Shown here in pieces: positions 51,166 to 62,168 of a stretch of 64,000 nt of DNA. Source of the DNA: an uncultured Chloroflexia bacterium (GTDB lineage Bacteria; Chloroflexota; Limnocylindria; Limnocylindrales; CSP1-4); NCBI GenBank assembly GCA_963763775.1, contig CAVXPZ010000003.1, positions 672,001 through 736,000 on the forward strand, written 5' to 3'. The notes beneath the pieces were generated by a model. It worked only from the letters and a program-made list of their open reading frames with translations, was not told the DNA's origin and made no database searches. Position numbers and translations under genes: made by a program. How positions within the stretch are numbered: the stretch's first letter is position 1; each line of letters begins with the position of its first letter.

Positions 51166-52326
51166 GCGGGGCCTCCAGCGGCCGGCGCGGCCGGCTCGAG
51201 CAGCTTCTTGACGGCGTCCGACAGGATCTCGCCGCCCTGGGTGATCACCGTGGCCTTCGTGACCTCGTCCTCGAAGTCGAGGTGGAGGGCGCCGTCCTTG
51301 ACCATCCCGAGCAGCAGCGACGAGATGTTCCGGGCGTAGAAGGCGGACGCGCCGGCCGGCATCGAGGCCGGGAGGTTGTCCGGGGCGATGATCGTGACGC
51401 CGTTTGGCGTCTCGATGGTCTCGCCGACCTTCGAGAGCTCGACGTTGCCGCCGAGCGCGGACGCGGCCATGTCCACCAGGATCGAGCCAGGCTTCATCTT
51501 GCCCACGGCCTCTGCGGTCACCAGGACCGGCGGCTTGCGCCCCGGGACCTGGGCCGTGGTGATCACCACGTCCATGCCCCCGATGACCTCGTTGAGCTCG
51601 GCCTGCTGCGAGGCGCGCTCCTCGGCCGTCAGCTCGCGGGCGTACCCACCCGCGCCCGTGGCATCGATGGTCGTCTTGAGCTTCACGAACTTGGCGCCGA
51701 GGCTCTCGGCCTGCTCGCGCGTCTCGGGACGGACGTCGTACGCGTGGACGACGGCGCCGAGCCGCTTCGCGGTCCCGATGGCCTGGAGACCGGCGACGCC
51801 GATCCCGAGGATCAGGACGTTGGCGGGCTTGGCCGTGCCGGCGGCCGTGGTCAGGAGCGGGAAGTAGCGCGGGTAGGCGTTCGCGGCGATCAGGACGGCC
51901 TTGTAGCCGCCGACGTTCGCCTGCGAGGACAGGGCGTCCATCGTCTGGGCGCGCGACAGGGTCCGCGGGATCGCATCGAGGCTGATGGCCGTGACGCCCT
52001 TCGCGGCGAGGTCCTTCGCCAGCGCCGGATCGATGAGCGGCTGGAGGAACCCGACCACGGCCTGTCCGCTGCGGAGACGCCCGACCTCGTCGGCCGAGGG
52101 CTTCGCGACGCGGAGGATGACGTCCGCGCCCTGGTACAGGGCGTCGGTGCGCGACGACGGTCGCGCCGGCGTCGGCGTAGGCGCTGTCGGGGAGGGCGGA
52201 GCCGGCGCCGGCGCCGGACTCGACGAGGATCTCGCACCCGGCCGCTTGCAGCTTGCCGAGCGCTTCGGGTACCAGGGCGACGCGCCGCTCTCCGGGCGCG
52301 GTCTCCTTGGCGACACCGACCTTCAT
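51162..52326 (-). CDS. pntA: NAD(P) transhydrogenase subunit alpha part 1, frameshift near 52150
   Basis: KE..GERRVALVP, RAQTMDALSSQAN, GIGVAGLQA, GGYA, GGNVE. Confidence 0.93.
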
Positions 52327-52486
52327 GGGCACCACCTGTTTCGGAGGGATGACGGGCCGCGGACTTGGGGCGGTCCGCGGGGACACGTGCGGTCGTTGCG
52401 AAGTCTACCGCCGGGCCTCGCGCGTTGCCTCGTGTCGGAGGTTGCGATTCGGCATCGCGGCATCGCTGGCATAGCGCCCCGCGGCG

Positions 52487-53286
52487 TCACAGGCGGGAGC
52501 GGATCTCCCACAGGTCCGGGAACGCGGGCCGGAAGAGCGTCGCGCGCAGGTATTCGACGCCGCTCGAGCCGCCCGTGCCGCGCTTGGTCCCGATCGTGCG
52601 CTCGACCATCTTCACGTGGCGGTACCGCCACTCCTGGATGCCCTCGTCGAGGTCGACCAGGCGCTCGGCCACGATCGCGGCGTCCGGGTCCCCGTGGTAG
52701 ATCGCGACGAGCAACTCCTGGACGCGGTCGTCCGGCTCGATGGGCAGGGAGGCGTCCCGGCGATGAGGTCGTCGGGGACCTCGTGGCCGCGCTCGGACAG
52801 GTAGTCGAGGAACGACGCCCACAAGGACGGCGCCGTCTGCGCCGCCTCGATGGCCAGGCGCGCCGGCGAGTCGGGCGGCTGCGCCGCGGCGGCGGACGGG
52901 TCGCGGAGTCCGAGCATCGCCTCGACCTGGCGGAACCCGGCGCTCTGGAAGCCCGAGGCGGAATCGAGACGGTCGCGGAAGGACAGGAACTGGAGCGGCG
53001 TCATCGTCTCCAGGACGTCGATCTGGGCGACGAGCGTCTTGACGATCTTCAGCACCCGATTGAGGAGGTGCAGCGCCGTGTCGGTGTCGCCGTCCTCGAG
53101 CGCGCCCTGGACGCCGTGGAGCTCGTGACGGAGCTGCTTGAACCACAGCTCGTAGACCTGGTGGATGACGATGAACAGGAGCTCGTCGTGCTCGGGTCCG
53201 TCGGGGCCGGAGGAGCGCTCGACCTGGAGCGACAACAACTCCTGGACCTGCAGGTACGACGCGTACGTGACGGCTCGGCGGCTCAC
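52487..53286 (-). CDS. kynA: Tryptophan 2,3-dioxygenase, frameshift near 52750
   Basis: YASYL, HDELLFIVIHQVYELWFK, ASGFQS, WRYRHVKMVERTIG.KRGTGGSSG; leaderless GTG. Confidence 0.92.
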
Positions 53287-53320
53287 GTCGCCGATGGTAC
53301 GCGCGACGCCCTCGCGGCGG

Positions 53321-53878
53321 TCAGTCCGTCGGGCGGATCCGGATGATGAGCATCGAGGCGTCGGGATCGTCGCCGATGACCTCCGCATCGTGCGGGACCG
53401 TGCCGTCCCAGCGGACGTAGTCGCCCGGACCCGCCTCGATCACCTGGTCGCCCTGCGTCATGCGGAACCGGCCACGGAGTACGACGTGGTGCTCCTCGCC
53501 GGCGTGCGAGTGCGTCCCGACCCGCCCGCCCGAGGCGGTCGCGATGACCTCGAGGATCGTGACGTCGCGCGAGGCGTGCCCGTCGACGCGCTCGACCCGT
53601 CCCAGGTCGCTGACCGTCACGGGACGGTCCGCCGCGCGGACGACGACCGGTTCGGGCAGGTCCTCGATGAGGAACCATGCCGCGGGGACCTCGAGGGCAT
53701 CCGCGATCGACGCGAGGCACTGGAGCGATGGCGATGCCTTGTCGTTCTCGATCTGCGAGAGATAGCCGACATTCAGCCCGCTCCGCTCGGCGACGCTCGC
53801 GAGCGTGAGGCCGCGGACCGTCCGCCAGCGCTTGATCTGCGTCCCGACGGCCGGCCTGCGCCGCTCCTCGGTCGTCAT
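53321..53878 (-). CDS. XRE family regulator with cupin domain
   Basis: LTLASVAERSGLNVGYLSQIEN..SPS, HSHAGEE, VPH. Confidence 0.9.
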   Translation of the reverse strand: MTTEERRRPAVGTQIKRWRTVRGLTLASVAERSGLNVGYLSQIENDKASPSLQCLASIADALEVPAAWFLIEDLPEPVVVRAADRPVTVSDLGRVERVDGHASRDVTILEVIATASGGRVGTHSHAGEEHHVVLRGRFRMTQGDQVIEAGPGDYVRWDGTVPHDAEVIGDDPDASMLIIRIRPTD

Positions 53879-53890
53879 GTTGGTTCTCCA

Positions 53891-53953
53891 CAAACAGGTA
53901 TTGACATCATCCATCACCCGGCGTACCGTTGTGCCTACAACAAAGTCTGCTTG
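53891..53953 (+). promoter_or_regulatory. Sigma70 promoter flanked by two CAA-N7-TTG dyads
   Basis: TTGACA(53901-06)-17-TACCGT(53924-29); CAAACAGGTATTG(53891-903) and CAAAGTCTGCTTG(53941-53). Confidence 0.7.
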
Positions 53954-53992
53954 ACGACAGCCAACCCGTCAAGCCACAGGAGGATCATCCGG

Positions 53993-54645
53993 ATGGACAT
54001 CAGCATCATCGGTGCCGGCAACGTCGGCAAGGCTCTCGCGGTCGCCTTCAGCCGGGCCGGTCACACGGTCATCATCGCGTCCCGCGACCCCGAGGACGCC
54101 GGCAGCGTCGCTGCCGCCACGGGCGCCGCAGGTCGCGACCTCGAACGCCGACGCGGCCACGCGCGGCCAGGTCGTCGTCTTCGCGGTCCCATTCACCAGC
54201 GCTCCCGAGATCGCCGCCGAGATCGCCGACGCGGTCGTCGGCAAGCCGGTCATCGACGCCACCAACCGGATGTCGTTCGGCGCCGACGGGCCGGCGATCG
54301 ACACCACGACCTCCAACGCCGAGGAACTCGCCGCGCTGCTCCCCGGCGCGAACGTCGTCAAGGCCTTCAACACGCTCTTCGCCTCGAACCAGGCCGACCC
54401 GATCGCCGACGGCGTCCAGCTCGACGGGTTCGTCGCAGCGGATGACGCGGCGGCGAAGGCCACGGTGCTCGAGCTCGTCGCGCTCGATCGGGCTGCGCCC
54501 CGTGGACGCCGGCCCGCTCGCCAGGGCCCGCCAGCTGGAGGGCCTCGCCTTCCTCAACATCACGATCAACATCGCCAACAGCGGCAGCTGGCAGTCCGGC
54601 TGGAAGCTCGTCGGGGCCCCTGCGACCACGAAGGCCGCGGCCTGA
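53993..54645 (+). CDS. NADPH-dependent F420 reductase-like dinucleotide-binding protein, frameshifts near 54128 and 54482
   Basis: IIGAGNVG, AVP, IDATN, VVKAFNT, DAGPL.RARQLE. Confidence 0.85.
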
Positions 54646-54647
54646 CG

Positions 54648-55202
54648 ATGCGCACCATCCAGGCCGCCGGGTCGGTTGAACCGGCGGCCACCGAGGCGCA
54701 GACTGGCCGCGTGGGCATCCCCGTCGCCAGCCTCAACCACGCGGTCCTGTACGTCCGCGACGCGACACGCGCGGCCGAGTTCTACGGCCGGGTCTTCGGG
54801 TTCGAGGTCGTCGAGAGCGCCTTCGGCGGTCGTGCCGTCTTCCTGCGCGCCGCCGGCGGCGCGAACCATCACGACCTCGGCCTGTTCTCGGTGGGTCCCG
54901 ACGCCCCGCGCGCGCCACGCGGCTCCGTCGGGCTCTACCACCTCGCCTGGGAGGTCCCGACCATCGAGGACCTCGCGGCGGCCGCCGAGGTCCTGTCCGG
55001 CGCCGGTGCGCTCGGTGGCGCCTCCGACCACGGCGTGTCCAAGTCGCTCTATGGCGCCGACCCCGATGGCAACGAGTTCGAGATCATGTGGCGCGTTCCG
55101 CGCGAGGCATGGGGCGAGCACGCCGACAAGGGCGTGGTCATGCCGCTCGACCTTGACGCCGAGGTCCGTCGGTGGGGGGCCGCTGGCGCCGCTCGCGCCT
55201 GA
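54648..55202 (+). CDS. VOC family protein (catechol-2,3-dioxygenase-like)
   Basis: LNHAVL, NHHDLGL, GLYHLAW, DHGVSKSLY.DPDGNEFE. Confidence 0.88.
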   Translation: MRTIQAAGSVEPAATEAQTGRVGIPVASLNHAVLYVRDATRAAEFYGRVFGFEVVESAFGGRAVFLRAAGGANHHDLGLFSVGPDAPRAPRGSVGLYHLAWEVPTIEDLAAAAEVLSGAGALGGASDHGVSKSLYGADPDGNEFEIMWRVPREAWGEHADKGVVMPLDLDAEVRRWGAAGAARA

Positions 55203-55336
55203 CGTCCTCCTCCGGCCACGCCGGCCGCGGGCCGGATCCGATACATGTCTGCAAGCCGTCCGCTGGCGCCGCCTCGGGCGGCTTCGACGTTGCTGCTGCC
55301 ACGCTCGTGACCCTGACCCACGAGGAGGTGCCGACC

Positions 55337-55598
55337 ATGGCCGAACTCGATACCGCGCACCGCGACCGCCTGCGCGACACGTCGTTCGCCTACATCGACA
55401 AGGCGGGCGAACGCCACCTGCCCATCAACGACGCGAGCCATGTCCGCAACGCGATCGCGCGGTTCGACCAGACCGACTTCGAGAGCACGACCGCGCGACG
55501 GTCGGCCGCGAAGAAGATCCTCGCCGCGGCGAGGCGGCATGACATCGAGGTCGCGGACGACGACGCACGTCGCTCGGGCGGCCGGCGGCAAGTCCTAG
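55337..55598 (+). CDS. Small DUF6582-like protein, probable 3' frameshift
   Basis: GAGGAGG RBS; RDRLRDTSFAY..RHLPINDASHVRNAIARFDQ; end uncertain. Confidence 0.65.
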
Positions 55599-56537
55599 CC
55601 GGCGACCTCGACCACGCGCGAGCGCCGGCCGAGCGCGCCGCTCGCCCCAGCGATCCCGACCAGGATCAACACCCCGCCGACGACGCCCTGCGGCGTGGGT
55701 CGGTCGCCCAGGAGCAGCGCGCCGAGGATGGCCGACGAGATCGGCGTCAGGAGGAGGGCCGCGGACGTTCGCCGCGCGGGCACGCGGCGGACGCTCGCCA
55801 TCAGCAGCAGGTTGGCCGTGGAGCTCGAGCCGAAGGCGATCGACAGCAGGGCGATCACGGCCGCGGGCGCGAGTGCGCCCGGGACGACGTCCCCATGCGA
55901 CCGGACGAGCTCGAAGGCGAGCAGCACCGGTCCACGGCTCACGAGGTTCGCGATCGTGATGGTCGTGCCGTCGAGCCCGTACCGATGACCCCACCGCCGG
56001 GCGAGGACCATGTAGAGCCCGAACATCACCGCGGCCGCGGCCGCCATCGCGACCCCGAGGAGTGAGCCGGCCGTGGGATCGACGCCCGCCAGAAGCGCGG
56101 TCCCCAGCAGGGCCAGGCCGAAGGCGAGAGCGGTGATCGGCCGGATGTGCTCGCCGAGGATCGGGATCGCCAGGACGGCCGCGGCCACGGCATAGAGGGG
56201 GGCGACGAAGCCGGTGACGGTGGAGCCGCTCAACGACACCGAGACGTTGACGGCCGCGATGAACCCGATGCCGCCCAGGCCGGCCAGGACGACCAACCGG
56301 GCCAGGCTCGCCGGGCGAAGGGCGGCCCGGCCGGGACGCCCGATGACGCCCGTCAGGGCCGCGCAGGATCACGAACGGGAGGGCGATCGTGCACGCGATC
56401 CCCGCGATCGCCAGCGGGGTGAAGGACTGGAGCGCGATCGCCGTCGCCGGGTAGGCGGCGCCGTAGAGGATGGCGGCGCCGGCCGCCGCGAGGATCCCAC
56501 GGCGCTCGTCGGTCGCCGCCGTGGCGGTCGTTCGCAT
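55595..56537 (-). CDS. EamA/DMT family transporter, frameshifted around 56300-56360
   Basis: Two hydrophobic EamA repeats, ILGEHI, LLGDRP. Confidence 0.8.
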
Positions 56538-56561
56538 CGCGGAGAGCGTACCCTCGACGGG

Positions 56562-56972
56562 ATGACGGCACCGTTCCCGTCCGACGGCATGGCACTGACC
56601 CACATCCTCGTCGTGGCCGAGATCGACCGGTCGCGGATGTTCTATCGCGATGTGCTCGGCGCCACCGTGTACCGGGAGTACGGCGGCACGTCGTGCGTGC
56701 TGGAGATCTTCGGGACGTGGCTGCTGCTGGTCACCGGCGGCGGCCCGACCGAGGACAAGCCCACGGTGACGTTCGACGTTCCCGGCGACCCGGACCGCGT
56801 CAGTCATGCCATGACCATCCGCGTCCCGGACGCCCGCGGCGCCCATCGGACGCTGGAGGAGCGCGGAGCCGTCTTCCTGGCGCCCCTCGCCGAGTCCGAG
56901 TGGGAGATCCGAGGGTTCTTCCGCGACCCGGACGGCCACCTCCTCGAGATCAGCGAGGCGAAGGCCGGCTGA
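56562..56972 (+). CDS. VOC/glyoxalase family protein
   Basis: THILVV..FYRDVLG, FFRDPDGHLLEISE. Confidence 0.88.
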   Translation: MTAPFPSDGMALTHILVVAEIDRSRMFYRDVLGATVYREYGGTSCVLEIFGTWLLLVTGGGPTEDKPTVTFDVPGDPDRVSHAMTIRVPDARGAHRTLEERGAVFLAPLAESEWEIRGFFRDPDGHLLEISEAKAG

Positions 56973-57040
56973 CGCCGACGGCGCGCCCGGCCGCCCCCTG
57001 ACGGCCGAGCCGGGTCCTGCGGCTCGGCCCGTCGTGCGGG

Positions 57041-57775
57041 TCAGTCGATCTCGAAGACGACCGTCACCTGCGCCTGGATGTCCTGGGTGCCCGTCTGGAC
57101 CGGCGTGGCGGTGTCCGCTGCGCGAGCCGCCCCGGCCAGGGCGTAGGGCATCGGGTAGTTCGTCTGGGTCTCGCTCATCGAGATGACGCCCCCGAGGTTG
57201 ACGCCGGCCGCCGACGCCATCGCCTGGGCGCTCGCCTTCGCGGCTTCGACCGCCGCGGCGCGGGCGTCGTTCATCGCCTTGGCCGGGTCGGCGACGTCGA
57301 ACCAGATGCCGTTCACGTCGGTCGCGCCGCTCGTCGTGGCGGCGTCGACGACGTCGCCGGTCTTGTCGATGTCCCGGACGGTGACCTCGACCTGCTCGCT
57401 GATGACGTAGCCCACGACCTTGGGCGGCTGGGCGTTGCTGTACTGCGGGTTCAGATTGATGCCGGTCGTCTTGATGTCCTTCTCGTCGACGCCGAGCGCC
57501 TTGATCGCCGCGATGATGCTGGTCATCGCGTCCGCGGCGGCCTGCCGTGCGGCCCTCACGGTCGGCTTCGAGATGGTCACGCCCACGCCGACGTGGCCGG
57601 TGTCGGGCACGAGCGTGATCGAGCCGGTCCCCGAGACCGTGATGGTGTGGACGGCCGGCTGATCGGACGTGGCCGGGGCGCCGATGACGGGCATCGGGCG
57701 GAGAGCCAGCGCGACGACCGCGACGACGAGCGCGCCGATCGCGACGGCGCCGACGGTCGGGATGGTTCGAGACAT
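57041..57775 (-). CDS. SIMPL (DUF541) family exported protein
   Basis: Signal peptide, ITVSGTG...PD, DIKT, GAT.VNGI.F, A.AAGV.LG. Confidence 0.9.
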   Translation of the reverse strand: MSRTIPTVGAVAIGALVVAVVALALRPMPVIGAPATSDQPAVHTITVSGTGSITLVPDTGHVGVGVTISKPTVRAARQAAADAMTSIIAAIKALGVDEKDIKTTGINLNPQYSNAQPPKVVGYVISEQVEVTVRDIDKTGDVVDAATTSGATDVNGIWFDVADPAKAMNDARAAAVEAAKASAQAMASAAGVNLGGVISMSETQTNYPMPYALAGAARAADTATPVQTGTQDIQAQVTVVFEID

Positions 57776-57833
57776 CGGGTTGACCCCTTCTGGATCGGGT
57801 ATCTGGCCGCGCGGTCGGCGGCGTCAGCGGCGA

Positions 57834-57859
57834 GACGAGGAGTACGGCCGCGCGGTTCC
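57834..57859 (-). promoter_or_regulatory. ECF-sigma-type promoter upstream of the SIMPL gene
   Basis: Minus strand GGAACC-16 nt-CGTC. Confidence 0.5.
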
Positions 57860-58060
57860 GTGCGAGGTGACCGGACGCGCCACCGTGGGTGCCGTGGCAA
57901 CCGTGGATCCCGCAGAGCGATCGACCCGACCGGGCCACTCGGCTCCCGCCGGACGGGCCGATCGTCGGTGTCCCGGCCGGAACGGCGCGACGTAGGATCG
58001 GCCGGAAGACGCGCGAACGTGCGGCCAGCAGGTCGCCCAGCGCGGTCGGAGGCGTTCGTG

Positions 58061-59381
58061 ATGCGACCACTCCGCTGGGTGAGTGTCGTTGCCCCGGTCG
58101 TCGCGGTGGCGGTCATCGAGCTGGTCAGTGACGGCCTCCTCGACAGCGTGTTCCCGTTCCCGCTCGACACGATCGTGGTGGTCGCGCTCGTCGCGATCCT
58201 GGCCTGGGCGTTCTCGACGCTCGCCTTCCGCCGCATCGACCGGTTGTCCGCGGAGCTCCGGGCTCGGAACGCCGACCTGGAACGGCGCGAGGCATCCGCT
58301 CGCGCCCTGCACCGGGTGAGCGTCGCGATCGCGACCCTGACGGACCTCGACGAGATCCTCCAGGCGATCGTGGACCAGGCTCGCGAGCGACTCGAGGTCG
58401 ACGTGGCGGCGCTCCTGACGTATCGGCCGGACGGCGAGGCGTACGTCGCCGCGGCGAGTGGAGCCGAGGCCGACCTCGACCGGTCGGGCGGGTTCGCGGG
58501 TTCCGACGTCGATCGATTCATCCGGCCCGGCTCAGCGACCACGCGTCTGGAGGTGCCGCTCCAACGAGCCGGCGAGACCATCGGGATCCTGCTGGTCGGG
58601 ACACGTCACGAGCGCGGCTTCGAAGTCGACGAGGTCGAGATGCTCTCGTCGCTGGCCAACCAGGCCGCCATCGCGATCGAGAACGCCCGGCTCCAGGCCC
58701 GCTTGCGCGAGCTCGCGGTCGTGGCCGAGCGCGAACGCATCGCACGCGAGATGCATGACGGGCTCGCGCAGGTGCTCGGGTACGTGAACACGAAGTCGCA
58801 GGCGATCGAGGAGTTGCTCGCCGCCGGGCGGACCGACGAAGCGCGCGGCCTGCTCGTCGAACTCGCTGCGGCGGCGCGCTCCATCTACGTCGACATCCGC
58901 GAGGCCATCCTCGGACTGCGCAGCCCGGTCGTCCCAGGGGTCGGGCTGGTGGCCGCCGTGGAGGACTACGCCGCTCGGTTCACCGAAGCCGCGAAGATCG
59001 CGACCCACGTCGAGGCCGCTCCGGAGGCCCGTCGTCTGGACCTCGCGCCCGGACGTGGAGGCCCAGGTCTTCCGGATCGTGCAGGAGGCGCTCACCAACG
59101 TCCGGAAGCACTCCGGGGCACGACGCGCCGACATCGCGTTCGCGGTCCACGGGTCCGAGCTGGAGATCCTCGTGACCGACGACGGTCACGGACTCGAGGC
59201 ACCCTCACCCGTCGGCGAGCGACCCAGGTACGGCCTCCGCGCGATGCGCGAGCGAGCCGACAGCATCGGGGCCGCCGTGGACTGGTCGACGCCGACCGGC
59301 GGCGGGTGTCGCGTTCGACTCATCGTGGCCACCGGTGTGGCGCAGGCCGCGACGGTGCCGGCCGGCGCCGGAGCCGTCTGA
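58061..59381 (+). CDS. NarX-like sensor histidine kinase (2 TM, GAF, HisKA_3, HATPase), frameshift near 59050
   Basis: ERERIAREMHDGLAQ, QEALTNVRKHS, DDGHG, YGLRAMRERA. Confidence 0.92.
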
Positions 59382-60020
59382 TGCGGATCGTCCTCGCCGA
59401 CGACCACGCGCTGTTCCGTGACGGCGTCTCGTCGTTGATCCAGGCGTGGGGGCACCAGGTGGTCGGTCACGCCGCCGACGGTCGCGAGGCCATCGTGCTG
59501 GTCGATCGGCTGGAGCCGGACCTCGTCCTGATGGATGTGCGGATGCCGGGGATGTCGGGTGTGGAGGCGACGCAGGCGATCGCCGCCGTGCGACCCGAGC
59601 TGCCGATCGTGATGCTCACCGTCAGCGAGGACGAGGAGGACCTGTTCGCCGCGATCCGGGCGGGCGCCCGCGGGTACCTGCTGAAGGACCTCGAGGCGGC
59701 TCAGCTCCGCGCGATGATCGACGCGGTCGCGCCGCGGCGAGGCGGCCATCACGCCGGCGACCGCGGCCCGGATCATCCGACACCTCTCCAGTCTCGACGC
59801 GACCGAGGCGGTCGATCCCGAGCGACTCACCGCCCGCGAGCTCGACGTGCTCCGGCTGGTGACCGCCGGTCGGCGGAACAAGGAGATCGCCGCCGAGCTC
59901 GGGATCTCCGAGAACACGGTCAAGTACCACCTGCGCAACATCCTCGAGAAACTGCACGCCGAGAGCCGGACCGAGGTCGCGGCGCGCGCGTTGCGCGAGG
60001 GACTCGTCAAGCCCGCGTGA
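59381..60020 (+). CDS. NarL/LuxR family response regulator, frameshift near 59730
   Basis: [46 protein letters not shown]. Confidence 0.92.
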
Positions 60021-60052
60021 CCCGTGGCCCGGGCCGGATGGCCCGTGGCGTC

Positions 60053-60089
60053 CCACCCATCGGGGCGATCCGACCTACCCGCCCGGGCG
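60053..60089. promoter_or_regulatory. Two imperfect dyad boxes 22 bp apart, candidate response-regulator sites
   Basis: CCACCCATCGGGGCG (60053-67) and CTACCCGCCCGGGCG (60075-89). Confidence 0.5.
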
Positions 60090-60146
60090 TGGTGCGCCGC
60101 CGCGGCCCCGCCGATGCTCGACCCGTCACCAGACGGAGGCGGGTCC

Positions 60147-62168
60147 ATGGGCTACCGCATCGACATCGACCGGACGGGCTGCATCAACTGCGGCATCTGC
60201 ATGGACACCTGCCCGGTCGAGGCGCTCGACATGTCGCGACCGACCGGACCCGGCATCGAGACCGCCGGGTTCGGGAGCCCACAGACCTGGATGATGGAGC
60301 ACCCGGTCCAGGTCGGTGAGTGCATCGGCTGCGGCATCTGCATCGGGGAGTGCCCGGTCGTCGTCATGACCCTCGTCAGCGAACCCGGCACGACCAGGCT
60401 CGCCCCCCGCCAGGGCCCGATCGACCGCCCGGCCGCGACGACCACCGGTCAGGAGGGGTGGCTCCCGTTGTCGACCGTCACCCGGGAGTCGCTCAAGCGC
60501 GAGCACCCCTCGCCGTGGGGCGGACTGCTGCCATGGCAGACGGCCGACCGGACCGAGGCATGGCACGTGTGGCGCTCGATGCGCGAGGGCGTCATCGACG
60601 TCCCCAAGGCGCCGTGCCAGGTCGCGTGCCCGGCCGGCACCGACGCCGGGCGGTATGTCGGACTCGTCGGCGCCGGGCGGTACGACGACGCGTACGCGGT
60701 CGCCGCCGAGGTCAATCCGTTCCCGTCCGTCTGCGGCTGGATCTGCACCGCGCCGTGCGAAGCGGTCTGCCGCCGCGGCGTCCTCGACGAGCCCATCGCG
60801 ATCCGCACCATCAAGCGGTTCGCGGCGGAGCACGGCCAGCTGCCGGCGATCGAGCCACCCGCCGTCCGGCGGCCTGAGAAGGTCGCGATCGTGGGCGGCG
60901 GCCCCGCGGGGATGTCCGCCGCGTACTACCTGGCCCGAGTCGGCTACCCGGTGACGGTCTTCGAGGCCATGCCGGTCCCGGGCGGCATGATGGCCATCGG
61001 CATCCCGTCGTATCGGCTGCCGCGCGACGTCCTCCAGGCGGAGATCGCGCGGATCGTCGGCCTCGGCGTGGACCTTCGGCTGAACGCCGCGATGGGCCGC
61101 GACTTCAGCCTTGGCGACCTCGAGCAGGAAGGCTACCGGGCCGTGTTCCTCTCGACCGGCGCGTCGAAGAGCCGTCGCCTCGGTGTTCCCGGAGACGACG
61201 CCCGCGGCGTCATCCCTGCGACGCTCTTCCTCAAGCGCGTGAACCTCGGGGAGGCGCCACATCTGAGCGGGCCGGCCGTCGTGGTCGGAGGAGGCAGCAC
61301 CGCGATGGACGCGGCCCGCTCGGCGTGGCGGAGCGGCGCGTCGCCGGTCACGGTCATCTACCGCCGCGGTCGAGCCCTGATGCCCGCCCAGGTCGAGGAG
61401 ATCGAGGCGGCCGAGCGCGAGGGCATCCAGGTGCGGACCGGGCTCGCGCCCGTGGAGGTGGTCGACCGCGACGGGGCGGTCGTCGGGATCCGGTGCGTCC
61501 AGACGCGTCCTGCGGTCGGCGACGGGATCGCCGCCGGCGCCGACACTCGCGCGCCGTGGGAGCCCGTCGACGGCACCGACCGCGAGATCCCGGCCACGAC
61601 GATCCTGGTCGCGGTCGGCGAGGAGCCGGATCCGTCGATCCTCCCCGAAGGGGCCGGCATCGAGATCAGCGGCTGGGCGGGCATCGTCGCCGACCCGCGG
61701 ACCCTTGCCACGGGCCGCGCCGGGATCTTCGCCGGCGGGGATGTCGTGTCCGGACCCAAGACGATCATCGATGCCGTCGCGTCCGGCCGCCGCGCGGCCG
61801 CCTCGATCCACGAGTACCTCGCGGGCGTCGTCGACGGCGAGCGCGAGATCCTCGCGGCCGTCCGATATCCCACCCGGCCCGAAGACCATCTCTCGCTCGA
61901 CCTTGCGACCCGTCCTCGGGCGCACGCCCCGCTGCCGATGGTCCAGCCGGGCTCGTTCGAGGCCACGCAGGTCGGGTTCGACGAGGCGACCGCTCGAGCC
62001 GAGGCCGACCGCTGCTTCCGCTGCGACGCGGTGTACCGCGGTCCCGTCGTCGAGGTCCTGGCCGGGCGCGGACCGGACGTCACCTCGGCGGCAGGCCCAC
62101 CCACGACACCGCTCGCCGCCGCCCCCGCCCACGCCACGACCCCCGACATCGGAGGAGGACCACGATGA
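60147..62168 (+). CDS. Ferredoxin-fused GltD/SudA/NfnB-like FAD, NADPH-dependent Fe-S oxidoreductase
   Basis: CINCGICMDTCP, CIGCGICIGECP, PCQVACP, CGWICTAPCEAVC, GGGPAG, GGGSTAMD..YRR, GGD, EADRCFRC. Confidence 0.92.
   Translation: MGYRIDIDRTGCINCGICMDTCPVEALDMSRPTGPGIETAGFGSPQTWMMEHPVQVGECIGCGICIGECPVVVMTLVSEPGTTRLAPRQGPIDRPAATTTGQEGWLPLSTVTRESLKREHPSPWGGLLPWQTADRTEAWHVWRSMREGVIDVPKAPCQVACPAGTDAGRYVGLVGAGRYDDAYAVAAEVNPFPSVCGWICTAPCEAVCRRGVLDEPIAIRTIKRFAAEHGQLPAIEPPAVRRPEKVAIVGGGPAGMSAAYYLARVGYPVTVFEAMPVPGGMMAIGIPSYRLPRDVLQAEIARIVGLGVDLRLNAAMGRDFSLGDLEQEGYRAVFLSTGASKSRRLGVPGDDARGVIPATLFLKRVNLGEAPHLSGPAVVVGGGSTAMDAARSAWRSGASPVTVIYRRGRALMPAQVEEIEAAEREGIQVRTGLAPVEVVDRDGAVVGIRCVQTRPAVGDGIAAGADTRAPWEPVDGTDREIPATTILVAVGEEPDPSILPEGAGIEISGWAGIVADPRTLATGRAGIFAGGDVVSGPKTIIDAVASGRRAAASIHEYLAGVVDGEREILAAVRYPTRPEDHLSLDLATRPRAHAPLPMVQPGSFEATQVGFDEATARAEADRCFRCDAVYRGPVVEVLAGRGPDVTSAAGPPTTPLAAAPAHATTPDIGGGPR

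Noticed and set aside
57884-57907. Three CCGTGG units at a 9-bp period upstream of the kinase
   Set aside because: Short and GC-rich; expected by chance at this composition.
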